64,000 nt of DNA from Macrostomum hystrix (taxonomy: Eukaryota; Animalia; Platyhelminthes), in contig CATNEN010000012.1 of NCBI GenBank assembly GCA_950097015.1, positions 1,736,001 through 1,800,000 of the forward strand. The letters run 5' to 3'. The notes beneath the pieces are model-generated. The model worked only from the letters and a program-made list of their open reading frames with translations. It made no database searches and was not told the DNA's origin. Of this stretch, positions 1 to 12,700 are shown piece after piece (within the stretch, counting starts at the first letter, position 1; the number at the start of each line of letters is the position of its first letter). Position numbers and translations under genes: made by a program.

Positions 1-841
1 ATGGAACACATGCTACCTGATCATGGAACACATGCTACTTGATCATAGATCACATGCTACCTATTCATGGAACACATGCTACCTGATCAAGGAACACATG
101 CTACCTGATAATAGATCACATTCTACCTGATCATGGAACACATGCTACTTGATCATGGAACACATGCTACTTGATCATAGATCACATGCTACCTATTCAT
201 GGAACACATGCTACCTGATCAAGGAACAAATGCTACCTGATCATAGATCACATTCTACCTGATCATGGAACACATGCTACTTGATCATAAAACACATGCT
301 ACTTGATCATGGAACACATGCTACCTGATCATGGAACACATGCTACTTGATCATAGATCACATGCTACCTATTCATGGAACACATGCTACCTGATCAAGG
401 AACACATGCTACCTGATAATAGATCACATTCTACCTGATCATGGAACACATGCTACTTGATCATGGAACACATGCTACCTGATCATAGATCACATTCTAC
501 CTGATCATGGAACACATGCTACTTGATCATGGAACACATGCTACTTGATCATGGAACACATGCTACCTGATCATGGAACACATGCTACTTGATCATGGAA
601 CACATGCTACCTGATCATAGATCACATGCTACCTATTCATGGAACACATGCTACTTGATCAAGGAACACATGCTACCTGATAATAGATCACATTCTACCT
701 GATCATGGAACACATGCTACTTGATCATGGAACACATGCTACTTGATCATGGAACACATGCTACCTGATCATGGAACACATGCTACTTGATCATGGAACA
801 CATGCTACCTGATCATAGATCACATGCTACCTATTCATGGA
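1..841. repeat. 22-bp minisatellite (TGATCATGGAACACATGCTAC[C/T]) with ordered variant units, left arm
   Basis: Tandem 22-bp units; variant units recur in a fixed order (higher-order structure); array runs off the window start. Confidence 0.97.
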
Positions 842-1686
842 TCTTCCATGAGGGTAAGGCGCTCCTTCAGGAGAGCCTTCACCTTGGTGAGAACACGTCG
901 GTCTTCCAAGCCGAAATCTACGCCATTAACCAATGCGCCAAACACCTCCTCAATGCCAACGTCAGCAGATTCAACATCTGCATCTATTCTGACAGTCAAG
1001 CCGCCCTCAAGGCTCTGTCTGCCGTCAAACTCTCCACTCGGACGGTCTCTGACTGCCACCGAGACCTGCAGTCACTCGCGGTCCTTAACAGGATCAGCCT
1101 AATCTGGATCCCAGGCCACAGCAACATCCTTGGCAACGAACTCGCGGACAAACTCGCCAAGGATGGCAGCAACCCGGACAACAACCACCGCCCGATCAGG
1201 GTACCGGTACCTAAATCCCTCATCAACCGCACTGTTGACAGGTGGCTAAATCAGCAACACCAGCTCCACTGGAGTAGCTGCACCGACTATAGGCAGACCC
1301 GTATGGCCATGCCGATCATTAACCGAAAAGTCTCTGACTTTTTGATTTCACTTAATAGAACTGACCTCAGGGAGATGTGCATGGTCATCACGGGCCATGG
1401 CTTCTTCCAGAGACACATTTCGCTACAAACTGGCTGCTCCCCCACCTGTCCCTTCTGTGGCATAGGTAAAGAAACCGCTGCGCATCACGTGACATTCTGC
1501 CCCTACTTCGATAAGGCGCGCAACTGGCACCTCGGCCACCCGCAAGGGATGGACGAACTGACCACTCCGGACAACATCCGAGACCTTCGCGCCTTCGTCC
1601 GTGACACCGGCCGGATGAAGGTCGCCGACGCCTCCCCGGCGAACCTGCCGACTGCTGGCGTGGGGTGGGCGCACCCCCAAGGCTGA
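842..1686 (+). pseudogene. C-terminal ORF2 fragment of the LINE (RNase H lacking the first catalytic Asp, plus Cys/His finger)
   Basis: Open frame to TGA 1684-1686; the N-terminal TDGS motif was removed by truncation; residues upstream of 842 in ORF 787-1686 are satellite-derived. Confidence 0.85.
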
Positions 1687-1774
1687 GGCCACCTTCCTTT
1701 TACCTTGGGGTTGCGATAGGGGCCTCGCGGCCTATTCGCGGCGTCTCGCCCCCCGCCAGTAGTAAGTAAGTAAG
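842..1774 (+). mobile_element. 5'-truncated non-LTR retrotransposon (Loa/Lian-like, R1/I group) inserted in the satellite
   Basis: Encodes RNase H (QAEIYA, YSDSQ, WIPGH, GNELAD) then TGH..CPFC..ET..H..CP Cys/His motif; short GC-rich 3' UTR; (TAAG)n tail 1760-1776; 14-bp duplication TACCTATTCATGGA at 828-841 and 1775-1788. Confidence 0.9.
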
Positions 1775-2700
1775 TACCTATTCATGGAACACATGCTACC
1801 TGATCAAGGAACACATGCTACCTGATAATAGATCACATTCTACCTGATCATGGATCACATTCTACCTGATCATGGAACACATGCTACTTGATCATGGAAC
1901 ACATGCTACTTGATCATAGATCACATGCTACCTATTCATGGAACACATGCTACCTGATCAAGGAACAAATGCTACCTGATCATAGATCACATTCTACCTG
2001 ATCATGGAACACATGCTACTTGATCATAAAACACATGCTACTTGATCATGGAACACATGCTACCTGATCATGGAACACATGCTACTTGATCATAGATCAC
2101 ATGCTACCTATTCATGGAACACATGCTACCTGATCAAGGAACACATGCTACCTGATAATAGATCACATTCTACCTGATCATGGAACACATGCTACTTGAT
2201 CATGGAACACATGCTACTTGAATATAGATCACATGCTACCTATTCATGGAACACATGCTACCTGATCAAGGAACAAATGCTACCTGATCATAGATCACAT
2301 TCTACCTGATCATGGAACACATGCTACTTGATCATAAAACACATGCTACTTGATCATGGAACACATGCAACTTGATCATATATCACATGCTACCTATTCA
2401 TGGAACACATGCTACCTGATCAAGGAACACATGCTACCTGATAATAGATCACATTCTACCTGATCATGGAACACATGCTACTTGATCATGGAACACATGC
2501 TACTTGATCATAGATCACATGCTACCTATTCATGGAACACATGCTACCTGATCAAGGAACAAATGCTACCTGATCATAGATCACATTCTACCTGATCATG
2601 GAACACATGCTACTTGATCATGGAACACATGCTACTTGATCATGGAACACATGCTACTTGATCATGGAACACATGCTACTTGATCATGGAACACATGCTA
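1775..2700. repeat. 22-bp minisatellite, right arm
   Basis: Same units and variant order resume after the LINE. Confidence 0.97.
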
Positions 2701-3094
2701 CCTGGTCACAGAACACATCCTACCTGATCACAGAACACATCCTACTTGATCACAGAACACATCCTACCTGATCACAGAACACATCCTACCTGATCACAGA
2801 ACGCATCCTACCTGATCACAGAACACATCCTACCTGATCACAGAACGCATCCTACCTGATCACAGAACACATCCTACCTGATCACAGAACGCATCCTACC
2901 TGATCACAGAACACATCCTACCTGATCACAGAACGCATCCTACCTGATCACAGAACACATCCTACCTGATCACAGAACGCATCCTACCTGATCACAGAAC
3001 ACATCCTACCTGATCACAGAACACATCCTAACTGATCACCGAACACATCCTAACTGATTACCGAACACATCCTAACTGATCACCGAACACATCC
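2701..3094. repeat. Derived 22-bp minisatellite variant (TGATCACAGAACACATCCTACC)
   Basis: Abrupt switch to a homogenised variant of the same unit; ends at the SINE (TAA)n tail. Confidence 0.95.
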
Positions 3095-3439
3095 TAATAA
3101 TAATAATAATAATAATAATTGCAGGAGGGCTGCGGGCAGTGGCGCATCATTTAGTGACACTAGACCCGCAGCCAGCGAGGAGGCAATTCTGCCCATTTCG
3201 CTGACTCCTGAGCACACGCGCACACAGATACTGTACGCAGGCATACGCTCACACAGGTGTGTACATCTGCCCTGACTTTCTCATCGTCAGGCAGTGTACA
3301 CTTAACTGTGCCTTTGGAGGTTGGCCATCAAGGGCGTAAATTGCACGACAAGCCGCCAAGCCTTCTCTCCGCGGCTGCGCCCCAAATAAACGTGGCCTCG
3401 CCGTGGAATCGAACTTAGAGACCGTGGTGCGAGAGGCAA
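3095..3439 (-). mobile_element. tRNA-derived SINE family A, head truncated
   Basis: Reverse complement contains B box GTTCGATTCC, a body matching 52152-52521 and a (TTA)n tail. Confidence 0.9.
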
Positions 3440-3469
3440 AGGCTTTGGGAGGCACTCAGTGCAGCTTAC

Positions 3470-4053
3470 CGTTGCAAGCCAATGTAGCAGCTCGCAGCCG
3501 TTCGGTTGTTGTTGAAATTACGCACAAGCTCATGGCTGGCTGGTTGAAGATTTTATTCAAGAAAATCTTGAAAGAAATATTTTAGAAACATGGATCAAGC
3601 TTCAACCAGAGATTCGGGATGACCGCATGGCGTTCCTGCTCGCAATTCAACAACAACAACAACTCGGCTGCTGACAGATTGCACGGACTATCTTCTAGTA
3701 GAAGACAATATTCGTTCGCAATGAATATTGCTGCCAGCTTGTGTGTTTATATATTTAATGCTAAGCACAAGGCCAGTCGATCGTGACGCTCTTCAAAAGA
3801 ATCGAAGAATAAAAAAGCTCGCTATTAGATGGTCAAACAAAGTAATTAACGAATGAAAACTGTCTGCTTGGAGACAATCCAACTGATCCTGGATGTTAGC
3901 TAATAATATAGACACGGGATCTTCATTGAGAATGCCTGCAATGTCACGCTTCAGGCTTGAGATCCGCTGTGCTCAAATGCCCAGTTTAGAGTTTTTGGTT
4001 CAATCGTTTAATTGTACCTGCTCATTATCAGCGCCGCTACAGATACCGTCAGC
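3470..4053 (-). pseudogene. Probable decayed coding exons of an unidentified gene
   Basis: Mini-exon 4053-4018, 51-bp GT-AG intron, exon 3966-3470 ending at GTAAGC; reads RISSLKRDIAGILNEDPVSILLANIQDQLDCLQADSF... with one +1 shift in a T run and two in-frame TAA; corrected length fits a phase-1 donor. No family recognised. Confidence 0.35.
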
Positions 4054-4618
4054 CTACTCATGCTCATCTCCTCACTACAGAGATTAATAATTGATTGGGT
4101 TGGGCAGAGCTGGCGATTATGTAGAGACTGAGGATGAATCATTGCAGTCTAAGGAGGCCAGGCATAGAGAAGAAAAAGGGATTGGGCTGTAATTATATCA
4201 CTCAGGCGTAAATTGTATTTTTGCTCGCACAACATGCCTTAAATGAATTGGGATAATTGCAGAAAAAAATTTTTCTGGATAATACAAGGAGGTCTAGATA
4301 TAGCATTCGGACTGGAAGCAAGTGCGAAATTTTTTTTCGATATTTAGCGATAAGCGATATTTCAGTTTAAAATACCAGATAGGTGTGATGAAGTACGAGC
4401 GTAGTTAAAGGCTTTGAATCGGTAGTGAGGGTGTAATGAAGAGGTAATGGAGTGCTGATGTAAATAAATTAACGGTAAAATAAAAAAAAACATTTAACGA
4501 TTTATTTCAGATTTTTTCGAAGCAAAATGAACAAAGTGGAAACAAAAAATGTAATTTATTTTTTATAAACTAATTTTAATGACAAAAAATGTTTTCGTAC
4601 AAAAATACATGTTTTGAT

Positions 4619-4941
4619 CAAGGACCATTAGGAGAAGAAGGACGGGACACTTCTTTTCTTGGAACATTTATTAAAGGCAACTTTTCACGGAAAATGCACC
4701 TGAGTGATAGGAACTTCTCACGTTTTTTTCATATTAAAATGAAAGCGAAAAGAAAATGAAAACCAATTACTCATGAATGAAGCTTTTGAAGTTGAAGCAA
4801 CATGTTTTGCAAGTTATGTTTGAAGAACAGCATTTGATTTGCTTCCAAGAAAAAGTTATCAACATTTTAATGTGAAAATCTGCCTTTAATGCATTTTCCA
4901 AGAAACCACGTGTCCCGTCCTTCTTCTTCTAGTGGTCCTTG
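4619..4941. mobile_element. MITE with about 66-bp terminal inverted repeats
   Basis: CAAGGACCATTAGGAGAAGAAGGACGGGACAC... vs reverse complement of right end CAAGGACCACTAGAAGAAGAAGGACGGGACAC... (about 10 mismatches in 66); flanks GTTTTGAT/GTTTTAAT suggest an 8-bp TSD with one mismatch. Confidence 0.8.
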
Positions 4942-5304
4942 GTTTTAATACGCTCGAACACTGTCGCGATAAATATAAATTTGAAATCGAAAACTACTCG
5001 CTGCATAACAGAAAAGTGCATCCTTCGATGTAGGTTCAATTTTTTAGCAATACCAAACAAGCTAAACTTACTAAACTACGAGTATTAATAACGATATTTA
5101 CAGATACTTCTAATCTACACAAAATGGAAGATTATGTTGAGAATTATTTATTGTGAACTATTTCAGGCTAGCATGGCTTAAAGATTATGAACGAAATGAC
5201 TGACACTTGAATCTGTAATGACTAATGCTATGAAATCAGTAACAATGATTTCTGAATGACTGATCATCATCTATACGGTCATTAGATCGTAATTTAGTCT
5301 TTAG

Positions 5305-5745
5305 TTGGGTCATGGGGTAAGTGGGTAATTGGGACATTGGGTCATTGGGTCATTGGGACATTGGGTAATTGGGACATTGGGACATTGGGACATTGGGTAA
5401 TTGGGTCATTGGGACATTGGGTCATTGGGTCATTGGGTCATTGGGACATTGGGACATTGGGTCATTGGGACATTGGGTCATTGGGACATTGGGTCATTGG
5501 GACATTGGGTCATTGGGACATTGGGGCATTGGGACATTGGGACATTGGGGCATTGGGACATTGGGTCATTGGGGCATTGGGACATTGGGGCATTGGGACA
5601 TTGGGTCATTGGGGCATTGGGTCATTGGGACATTGGGTCATTGGGACATTGGGTCATTGGGTCATTGGGGCATTGGGACATTGGGTCATTGGGACATTGG
5701 GTCATTGGGTCATTGGGTCATTGGGTCATTGGGACATTGGGTCAA
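5305..5745. repeat. 8-bp G-rich repeat (CATTGGG[A/T/G])n
   Basis: About 55 units, a GGG tract every 8 nt. Confidence 0.97.
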
Positions 5746-6174
5746 TATGTCCTGAATATTCTATTATAGCAAATGTTTGGCTATTCTAATTGGCTTTCTG
5801 AATTGAATTCGCAACAATGAACAGGAGACAATGATACTGAACAAACTGTTCTAGAATATTGCGTGTCGGACTCAACAAAGACTAAAATTCTAAAGTTATT
5901 TGGAATGCTTCCTTTTTATAATAGTAGAAAAATTATGCACGTCGCAATTCTTGGCTTTGAAGAAAATCACAAACCAAAAGAACAAAAAATGAACTGGCAG
6001 AAATTCAAAGCCTGGCCTCTATAACCGAAAAAATGCGAAAGCTGAAAAAAAACTTTAAAAGAAAATTTAACTTTGTTCTTAAATTGACAAAACAGGCCAG
6101 ACATGGCCAAGAATAGGAAAATAGCTTTGGTGATACTTCAGTGTCTAGTCGAAAGTCAAGGACTTTGATGGGAG

Positions 6175-6506
6175 AACGCAACACTCGGCTTTAGATTTTT
6201 TTGGCTCAAGCTAAGTCACGTGCTTTGGGTTGATGGCATGTGTGAGAATGACCTTGGGAATTTTTATTAGTTATACACAAAGATTCCATTGGCTCATGGC
6301 TGTCACGTGATGGTTGTAGCTGCGAATGTACGCTGCATGTGAGGAGTTTCTCCTATTGGCCAATCAGAAAGCTGCATTCTAAAAATAACTTAACAACCGA
6401 ACACTCACGGCTGATGAAATTTAATTCTAAAATAGTTAAAAAACTGAACCCTCATTAGCCAATCAAACTTTGAAGGTTGGTTCGCACAAAACTGGAGTGT
6501 TGCGTT
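6175..6506. mobile_element. Possible short-TIR MITE
   Basis: 12-bp perfect inverted repeat AACGCAACACTC / GAGTGTTGCGTT, internal CCAAT(CA) motifs; no clear TSD. Confidence 0.3.
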
Positions 6507-6788
6507 TAACAGTTTGTATATATAGTCCTTATGAAAGTAACAACGAGCTAGAAACAAAAATCGTAGAGTTTAACGCTCGTTGTGTTTCGAAAAAATGAAA
6601 ATTAGATTTTCTTTTCGAAAAGCGAAAACGAAGTATCCAAAAAACTAGGTATTTTAGTTTAAATTATAATTGTATAACGGATTAAAAAACTTACAGATAC
6701 ATTTCTAAGCAGTCCCGTGTTCGAAATTAAAAGGTGGAACAGTACAGGGGGTTATGAAACTTTATTAGTTAACAATAAAGTTCAAGCA

Positions 6789-9700
6789 TCAGAGAACCTC
6801 GTCACTATCCCAAGGTCGCATCCTGGTCGATTTGCCCGGCTTTTGCAGCGAGTAGAAAGTGGGGGCAGCCGTCTGGCCACTAGACTGCCGATTTAACTCC
6901 GAGTCTGAAAAATTGAGCAGCATTTGTAAATACAGTTTGTTTAAATAAAGTCTCTATAAAATTAGCGTTTTTAACCAGCGATTTTAACTTAAAAACTTCC
7001 TGCTTCTAGGTCGCGGTAGTTAATTATTCCGCGATCAAAGGTTTGAAAAAAAACTCTTTTAACGAGCATCACTGCGGTAAAAAACATTTTCAATTAATAA
7101 CACAGGAAATTTTATATATTTTAATGAGTTAGCGATAGCCGGAAAAGGGATTTTTAATCTGCTGCCTTCTTCTTCATTCCTCACAGGCTTCTTAAAGAGG
7201 CAATGTGGCTCGTGATCTGTTTTTAAAAAAGCTGCAAAGAAAACAAAGCCCCGTCCTAAATTAACGTCCTCCAAACTCGGAAACATCATTTAATAGCCCG
7301 CACGACACGCGCCCGCCAAGCTCTACCCCACTGCCCCACTCAATGTACATACCCGAACGACACGCGCCCGCCAAGCTCTACCCCACTGCCCCACTCAATG
7401 TACATACCCGCACGACACGCGCCCGCCAAGCTCTACCCCACTGCCCCACTCAATGTACATACCCGAACGACACGCGCCCGCCAAGCTCTACCCCACTGCC
7501 CCACTCAATGTAAATACCCGAACGACACGCGCCCGCCAAGCTCTACCCCACTGCCCCACTCAATGTACATACCCGAACGACACGCGCCCGCCAAGCTCTA
7601 CCCCACTGCCCCACTCAATGTACATACCCGAACGACACGCGCCCGCCAAGCTCTACCCTACTGCCCTATTCCATGTACATACCCGAACGACACGCGCCCG
7701 CCAAGCTCCTACCAAGTGTTGGGCACTTCCGTTACTAAGTAACTTACAAATGGTAATGGAAGTTAACTTTTTCATAAAAAGTTCCTTGCGCAAGTAACTG
7801 GCCAATTTAGGTAAGAGTGACGGCAACGGAATCAAATTTTGGGAAGTCCGGTTAAGTCCGATACAGTTACTTCGCAACAACTGCAGTACTTGATTTAAAA
7901 GCTGGTATGCTTAGACATTCACACACTACGCATATCAAAATGTCAATATTTGCCGACTCACCCGCAGTCTCTGAAGTCTGGCGCTGCTTCCGCCGTCCGG
8001 AGAACAGCCGACGAAAACTGCTGCTAATGCCGCGGCTTTTACTTTTGCCCAGATCGGTCGGAGGTCGAACTGAGGCCATTTGATAACCGTCACCGTTAAC
8101 GCGCGATGGGCCATCCCCAACGCGGAGGGCGTTAGGCGCGCTGAGCACGGGATCAGCCAAGCTGTCTGCGGAGAATTCTGCGGCGCTTGAGTTCCGCTTG
8201 GCATTGCGGCCGCTGAACACGCGCTTGATGCGGCTGGCCACGCTGCCTGTGCGACTCGGCTTTTGGCCTAGAAATTACATGCGGTGCGGTAATCCCAATT
8301 CATGGCCTGGTTCTAAAAATAGACTTGTTTCCTTTCGAGACTTATCGACTCTCGAGGGAAATCCTGTACTAAAAATAGCTTGATAAAGGAAATCCTTATA
8401 ACTACGAGCGTAATTTTTTTCAATTTATCTACTGCAATAGACAAAAAAGAGTGTAGAGTAAGAATCACGCAATGCACTTAAATAATTTAGCTTACCCTTC
8501 GGCTTGCGACCCAGGCTTGAAAATTCGTTCTGAAATGAAAAATGTAAAGTCAATAAACTAACCAGAATGCCCTTGGCCTTAACAGCAAGTAGCGCCATAG
8601 CATCATAACTTGTGAAACTAAATTCCAAGGAAAAGGGGAGTGCCGTAATTGAATTTCTAGGAGATCAATAATCTTTCTAAGAAAGGGTAAAAGCAGTTTC
8701 CAGGAAATAGATGACTAAAAAATAAAACAACAATAACTTATAACAGTTCGCTTATTAAGTTCTTATGATTCAACATAAAGCAAAAATTCTAGTCAAACAT
8801 GTGTTTGTGTTTGCTTATGTTCCCTTTAGTATCAGTGCTCATACAGTTCAGTAAGTGAGAAGCAATTGTGCAAATATTTGATTTGCAAAGTTGTTAGAAT
8901 TTTTACCGACTGGCTGGGGTGCTGACACCAGTTAAATGCACCATTGCCTGCATTATGCATTGGTTTTAGTTAGAAAGCATTTTACCATTAATAGCTCTTT
9001 AGTTAGTAATAATAATCAATGTTGTTAAAGTGTTTCAATTTGATTTCATTTGTGAGAAGCATAACCATACTATTTTTGCATTCAAAGCTTTACGCGAAGA
9101 ATAATATTAGTACGAAAACAGGAGCCAATCTGTGACGTTGTTGCCCCAGAATTCGTGTGGTTAATGTTATAATAAAAACACTAAAATCAATTAACAGTAG
9201 AACTACCAGTACCGAGCCATTTTGCCAGTTTTATTTCGTTAACCCTTTAGATATTTGACCATTTTAGATATTCAATGTTACTGCATTGAATAGCATTTGT
9301 CACCTCTTTGCTTGTTATACTCTTTATTAACCCGAATTTACAAATTTAGCGACGTCGAGTTTAAAAAACATACTTGAAATTGTTCGAAAAAAGTATAATT
9401 AAAATTAATTTAATGTGATTTATTTATTTAAAAAATATCAAATAAAACTTCAATTAACAAAACTAGATCATTTATTAAATAAACCATTTACTAAGATATA
9501 TAATATTTGTTATAAATATTAAACAGTCAACCGTTAAAACGAATGGAAAATCTTTCTGCCGACTTACATAAACAGGCTTTGTGTTGCCGGAATCAAAGAC
9601 CTGATTATCCAGCTCTGTACTTGACAGGGCTGTGTATTGAACGCAAAATTATTTTCATAGATTTGTTCAATGAATGGAATATTTTAACATACGATATGAA

Positions 9701-12700
9701 TGCATTCGGAACTTAATTCAGTTCAATTTCATCAGCAATTGCAGCTTACCGCGAGATTCGGCACCATTCAGTGTTGACTCCGAGAAGGACGACATCTGGT
9801 AGGAAATGTCCGGCGAAGTCATGAACTCGTCAACAACGCGAGACAGCGAGGAGCCTGAGACAGAAGCAGTTAAGTAGATTAGTAGATTGATTGAAACACT
9901 AGTACATCTCGATTTTAGTTCTTCGAGGAACCAATTTAACCCTGGAGCAGAATTAGCCAATCTGGAACAGAATTAGCCAATCTGGAACAGAATTAGCCAA
10001 TCTGGAACAGAATTAGCCAATCTGGAACAGAATTAGCCAATCTGGAACAGAATTAGCCAATCTGGAACAGAATTAGCCAATCTGAACCAGAATTAGTCAA
10101 TCGGGAACAGAATTAGCCAATCTGGAACAGAATTAGCCTATGTCTGAGTAACATTTGATGATGCTTAATTGTTAAAAATAAATTTCTGTAAATATCAGGT
10201 ATGGAGGGAAATGGAAAAAGCTTTGAAAAGCAGACCTTTAATTCATCATTTGGCCTGTACGAGCTATAAAACAGTATTATGTGTTATTTAAAATTATGAC
10301 CATCATCGCCATACTACTTAAGTGAGCAGCGGCGGCAGTAGTAAGTATAGTAAATTTTCAGAAACCGACTTCTATGAAATAATGCAAAGCAGCAATCGAA
10401 CGCAAAGAAAGCTTGCAAAAAAGCAACCAAAGAACCGCAAAATAGGATAATATACTAGCATTTTTAAACAGGGAACATATAAATAGAGCGACTGTAACGT
10501 GTGGGGTTTCTGCTACAGCTCACTGGACTTGTCGAGAAAGTCGTCCATGTCCTCCTCGTTGCTGCTGCTGCCGCTGCTACTAAGAGTAGCGTCTAGCGTG
10601 GACTCGCTGCCTGAGTATTTAAAAGTACATTTGGAGAGGGACACCGAAAGATAGTCACTAATGCACACTCTATAGGGCTTGCTTCAAATGCCTTGTTCAA
10701 GACTCAAACGCTTTTCTAACGACTCAAATGCTTCTCTAACGACTCAAACGACTCTAACGACGTATAAAAATGTTGAAACAGCACCTCTCTTAGGCCTCTA
10801 ATATATATTATAAAGTTACACCCAGAGATCTTCGACATCATTTCTTAGATAGGCTCTGATATTCAAACGCACCTAAAAGGTCTTTAGACATCAAAATATA
10901 CTTTTAATTACAGGGGTGTTGGAGGCAATGGCAGATGATTTTGAGACACTAGACCTACAGCCAGCGAGGAGGCAATTCTGCCCATTCCGCTGACTCCTGA
11001 GCACATAGATACCGTACGCTCACACAGTTGTGTACATCTGCACTAACTTTCTTATCGTCTGGCAGTGTGCACTCTCACTGTGCCTTGGAGGTTGGCCCTC
11101 AAGGGCGTGAATTGCACGACCAGCCACCTAGCCTTCTCTCCGCGTCTGCGCCAAAATTGAATGTGGCCTCGCAGCGGAATCGAGCTCAGGGACCTCGGTG
11201 AAAGAGGCAAACACGTTAACCGCTCTACCACTCACCACCTCCGACTTTAGACAATAAAAAACTATTTATTACTTCTCAGGGAAGAGGCAGCAGCATCTGC
11301 TGGAGTCACCTCCAGAACCGGAGCACGCAGCGCCGATTCCAACGGCTGATGCGGCGGCGCCACGGGACCCAAGGCGATGACGGGAGACGAGGACCCGCTG
11401 CCGCTGCTGGACACAACACCGGAGCTGCTGGCTGCGGAGCTGCTGTTGCTGGCGTCTTCCGCGGCGACGATTGGCGTCCGGTTGATGTTTTCTTGACGTT
11501 CGTGGCGGCTTGCCATTTTGTCGTCCATGAAGAGCAGCTCAAGGGTGATGGAGGGCAGGGGCTGTCCGGCAGGGGGCAGCCATCGACCGGGTGGCCGCAG
11601 CGGCTGCAGGACGCGAGCTCCCGTCGGCGGCACGAGCGACAGGGGAAGCGAGGCGGAACCCAGGAGCGCTTCAGCATCGCCTCCGTCGCGCTGATGAAGC
11701 ACTTGGATGCTGAGGCTGCTGGATTCCGGGCTCAGCGAGCTGGCAGAAATTTGACGAGACATTTCGACAAACTCAATTTTTTTAATCTAAGTTGATCCAA
11801 TCCCAATTCACAAAATCCCAATTCACAAAATCCCAATTCAGAAAATCCCAATTCAAAAAATCCCAATTCAGAAAATCCCAATTAAAAAATCCCAATTCAC
11901 CAAATCCCAATTCACCGAATCCCAATTCACCAAATCCCGATTCACCAAATCCCAATTCACCGAATCCCAATTCGCCGAATCCCAATTCACCGAATCCCAA
12001 TTCACAAAATCCCGATTCACCAAATCCCAATTCACCAAATCCCGATTCACCAAATCCCAATTCACCGAATCCCAATTTACCGAATCCCAATTCACCGAAT
12101 CCCAATTCACCGAATCCCAGTTCACCGAATCCCAATTCACCAAATCTTAATTCTCCGAATACCAATTCTCCGAATCCCAATTCACCGAATCCTAGTTCAC
12201 CGAATCCCAATTCTCCGAATCCCAAGCCTCCGAATCCCAAGCCACCAAATCCCAATTCACCAAATCACAATTCTCCGGATCCCAATTCAGCAAGAGTTCA
12301 ATCCACTCACAAGACAAAGTGCTGGTCCCAGTAGGGATTGGTGGAGCCGAACACGCCGCCAGTCTCGTGCCTCTGCCGCGGATTGTCTAGCTCTACGCTG
12401 GCCCGCGCCACCAAGCCAGACGGTCCGGCCAGGCCGCCCGCCTTCACTACCTTCACAAGAAGCCGCCGGCCGCCGCTGCTGCTGCTGCCGTTGCTGTAGT
12501 TCTGCGCAGTCAGGGCCAACGGTCGTTGTACTGAGCTCAGCAGCTGACGTAGGAACGATGTGGAAATGTTTGTCAGGGATACAAAATTTTGCGCAGAATG
12601 GTTTCAAATTTCTTCTTATTTGCATTCAGAAACCTTCGCTATTTTTTTTAAATAAAACGTGCGCACAAACGTGAAAAACCGTTAAAGCTTTCAATTCCGA

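Noticed and set aside
3470-3672. Plus-strand ankyrin-like reading (LAAVRLLL NYAQAHGWLVEDF...)
   Set aside because: Needs one or two indels, has no start or convincing acceptor, and competes with a splice-consistent minus-strand reading.
5337-5789. His/Trp/Gly-rich ORFs in three frames
   Set aside because: 8-bp repeat gives the same peptide in every frame.
8563-8617. Extra C2CD2L-like exon with a 33-nt intron
   Set aside because: Requires a phase-2 upstream donor that I could not find; the model is phase-consistent without it.
11782-12334. PNSPN-repeat and GFGEL-repeat ORFs
   Set aside because: 15-bp intronic array between two halves of a C2 domain; no ATG-led unique region.
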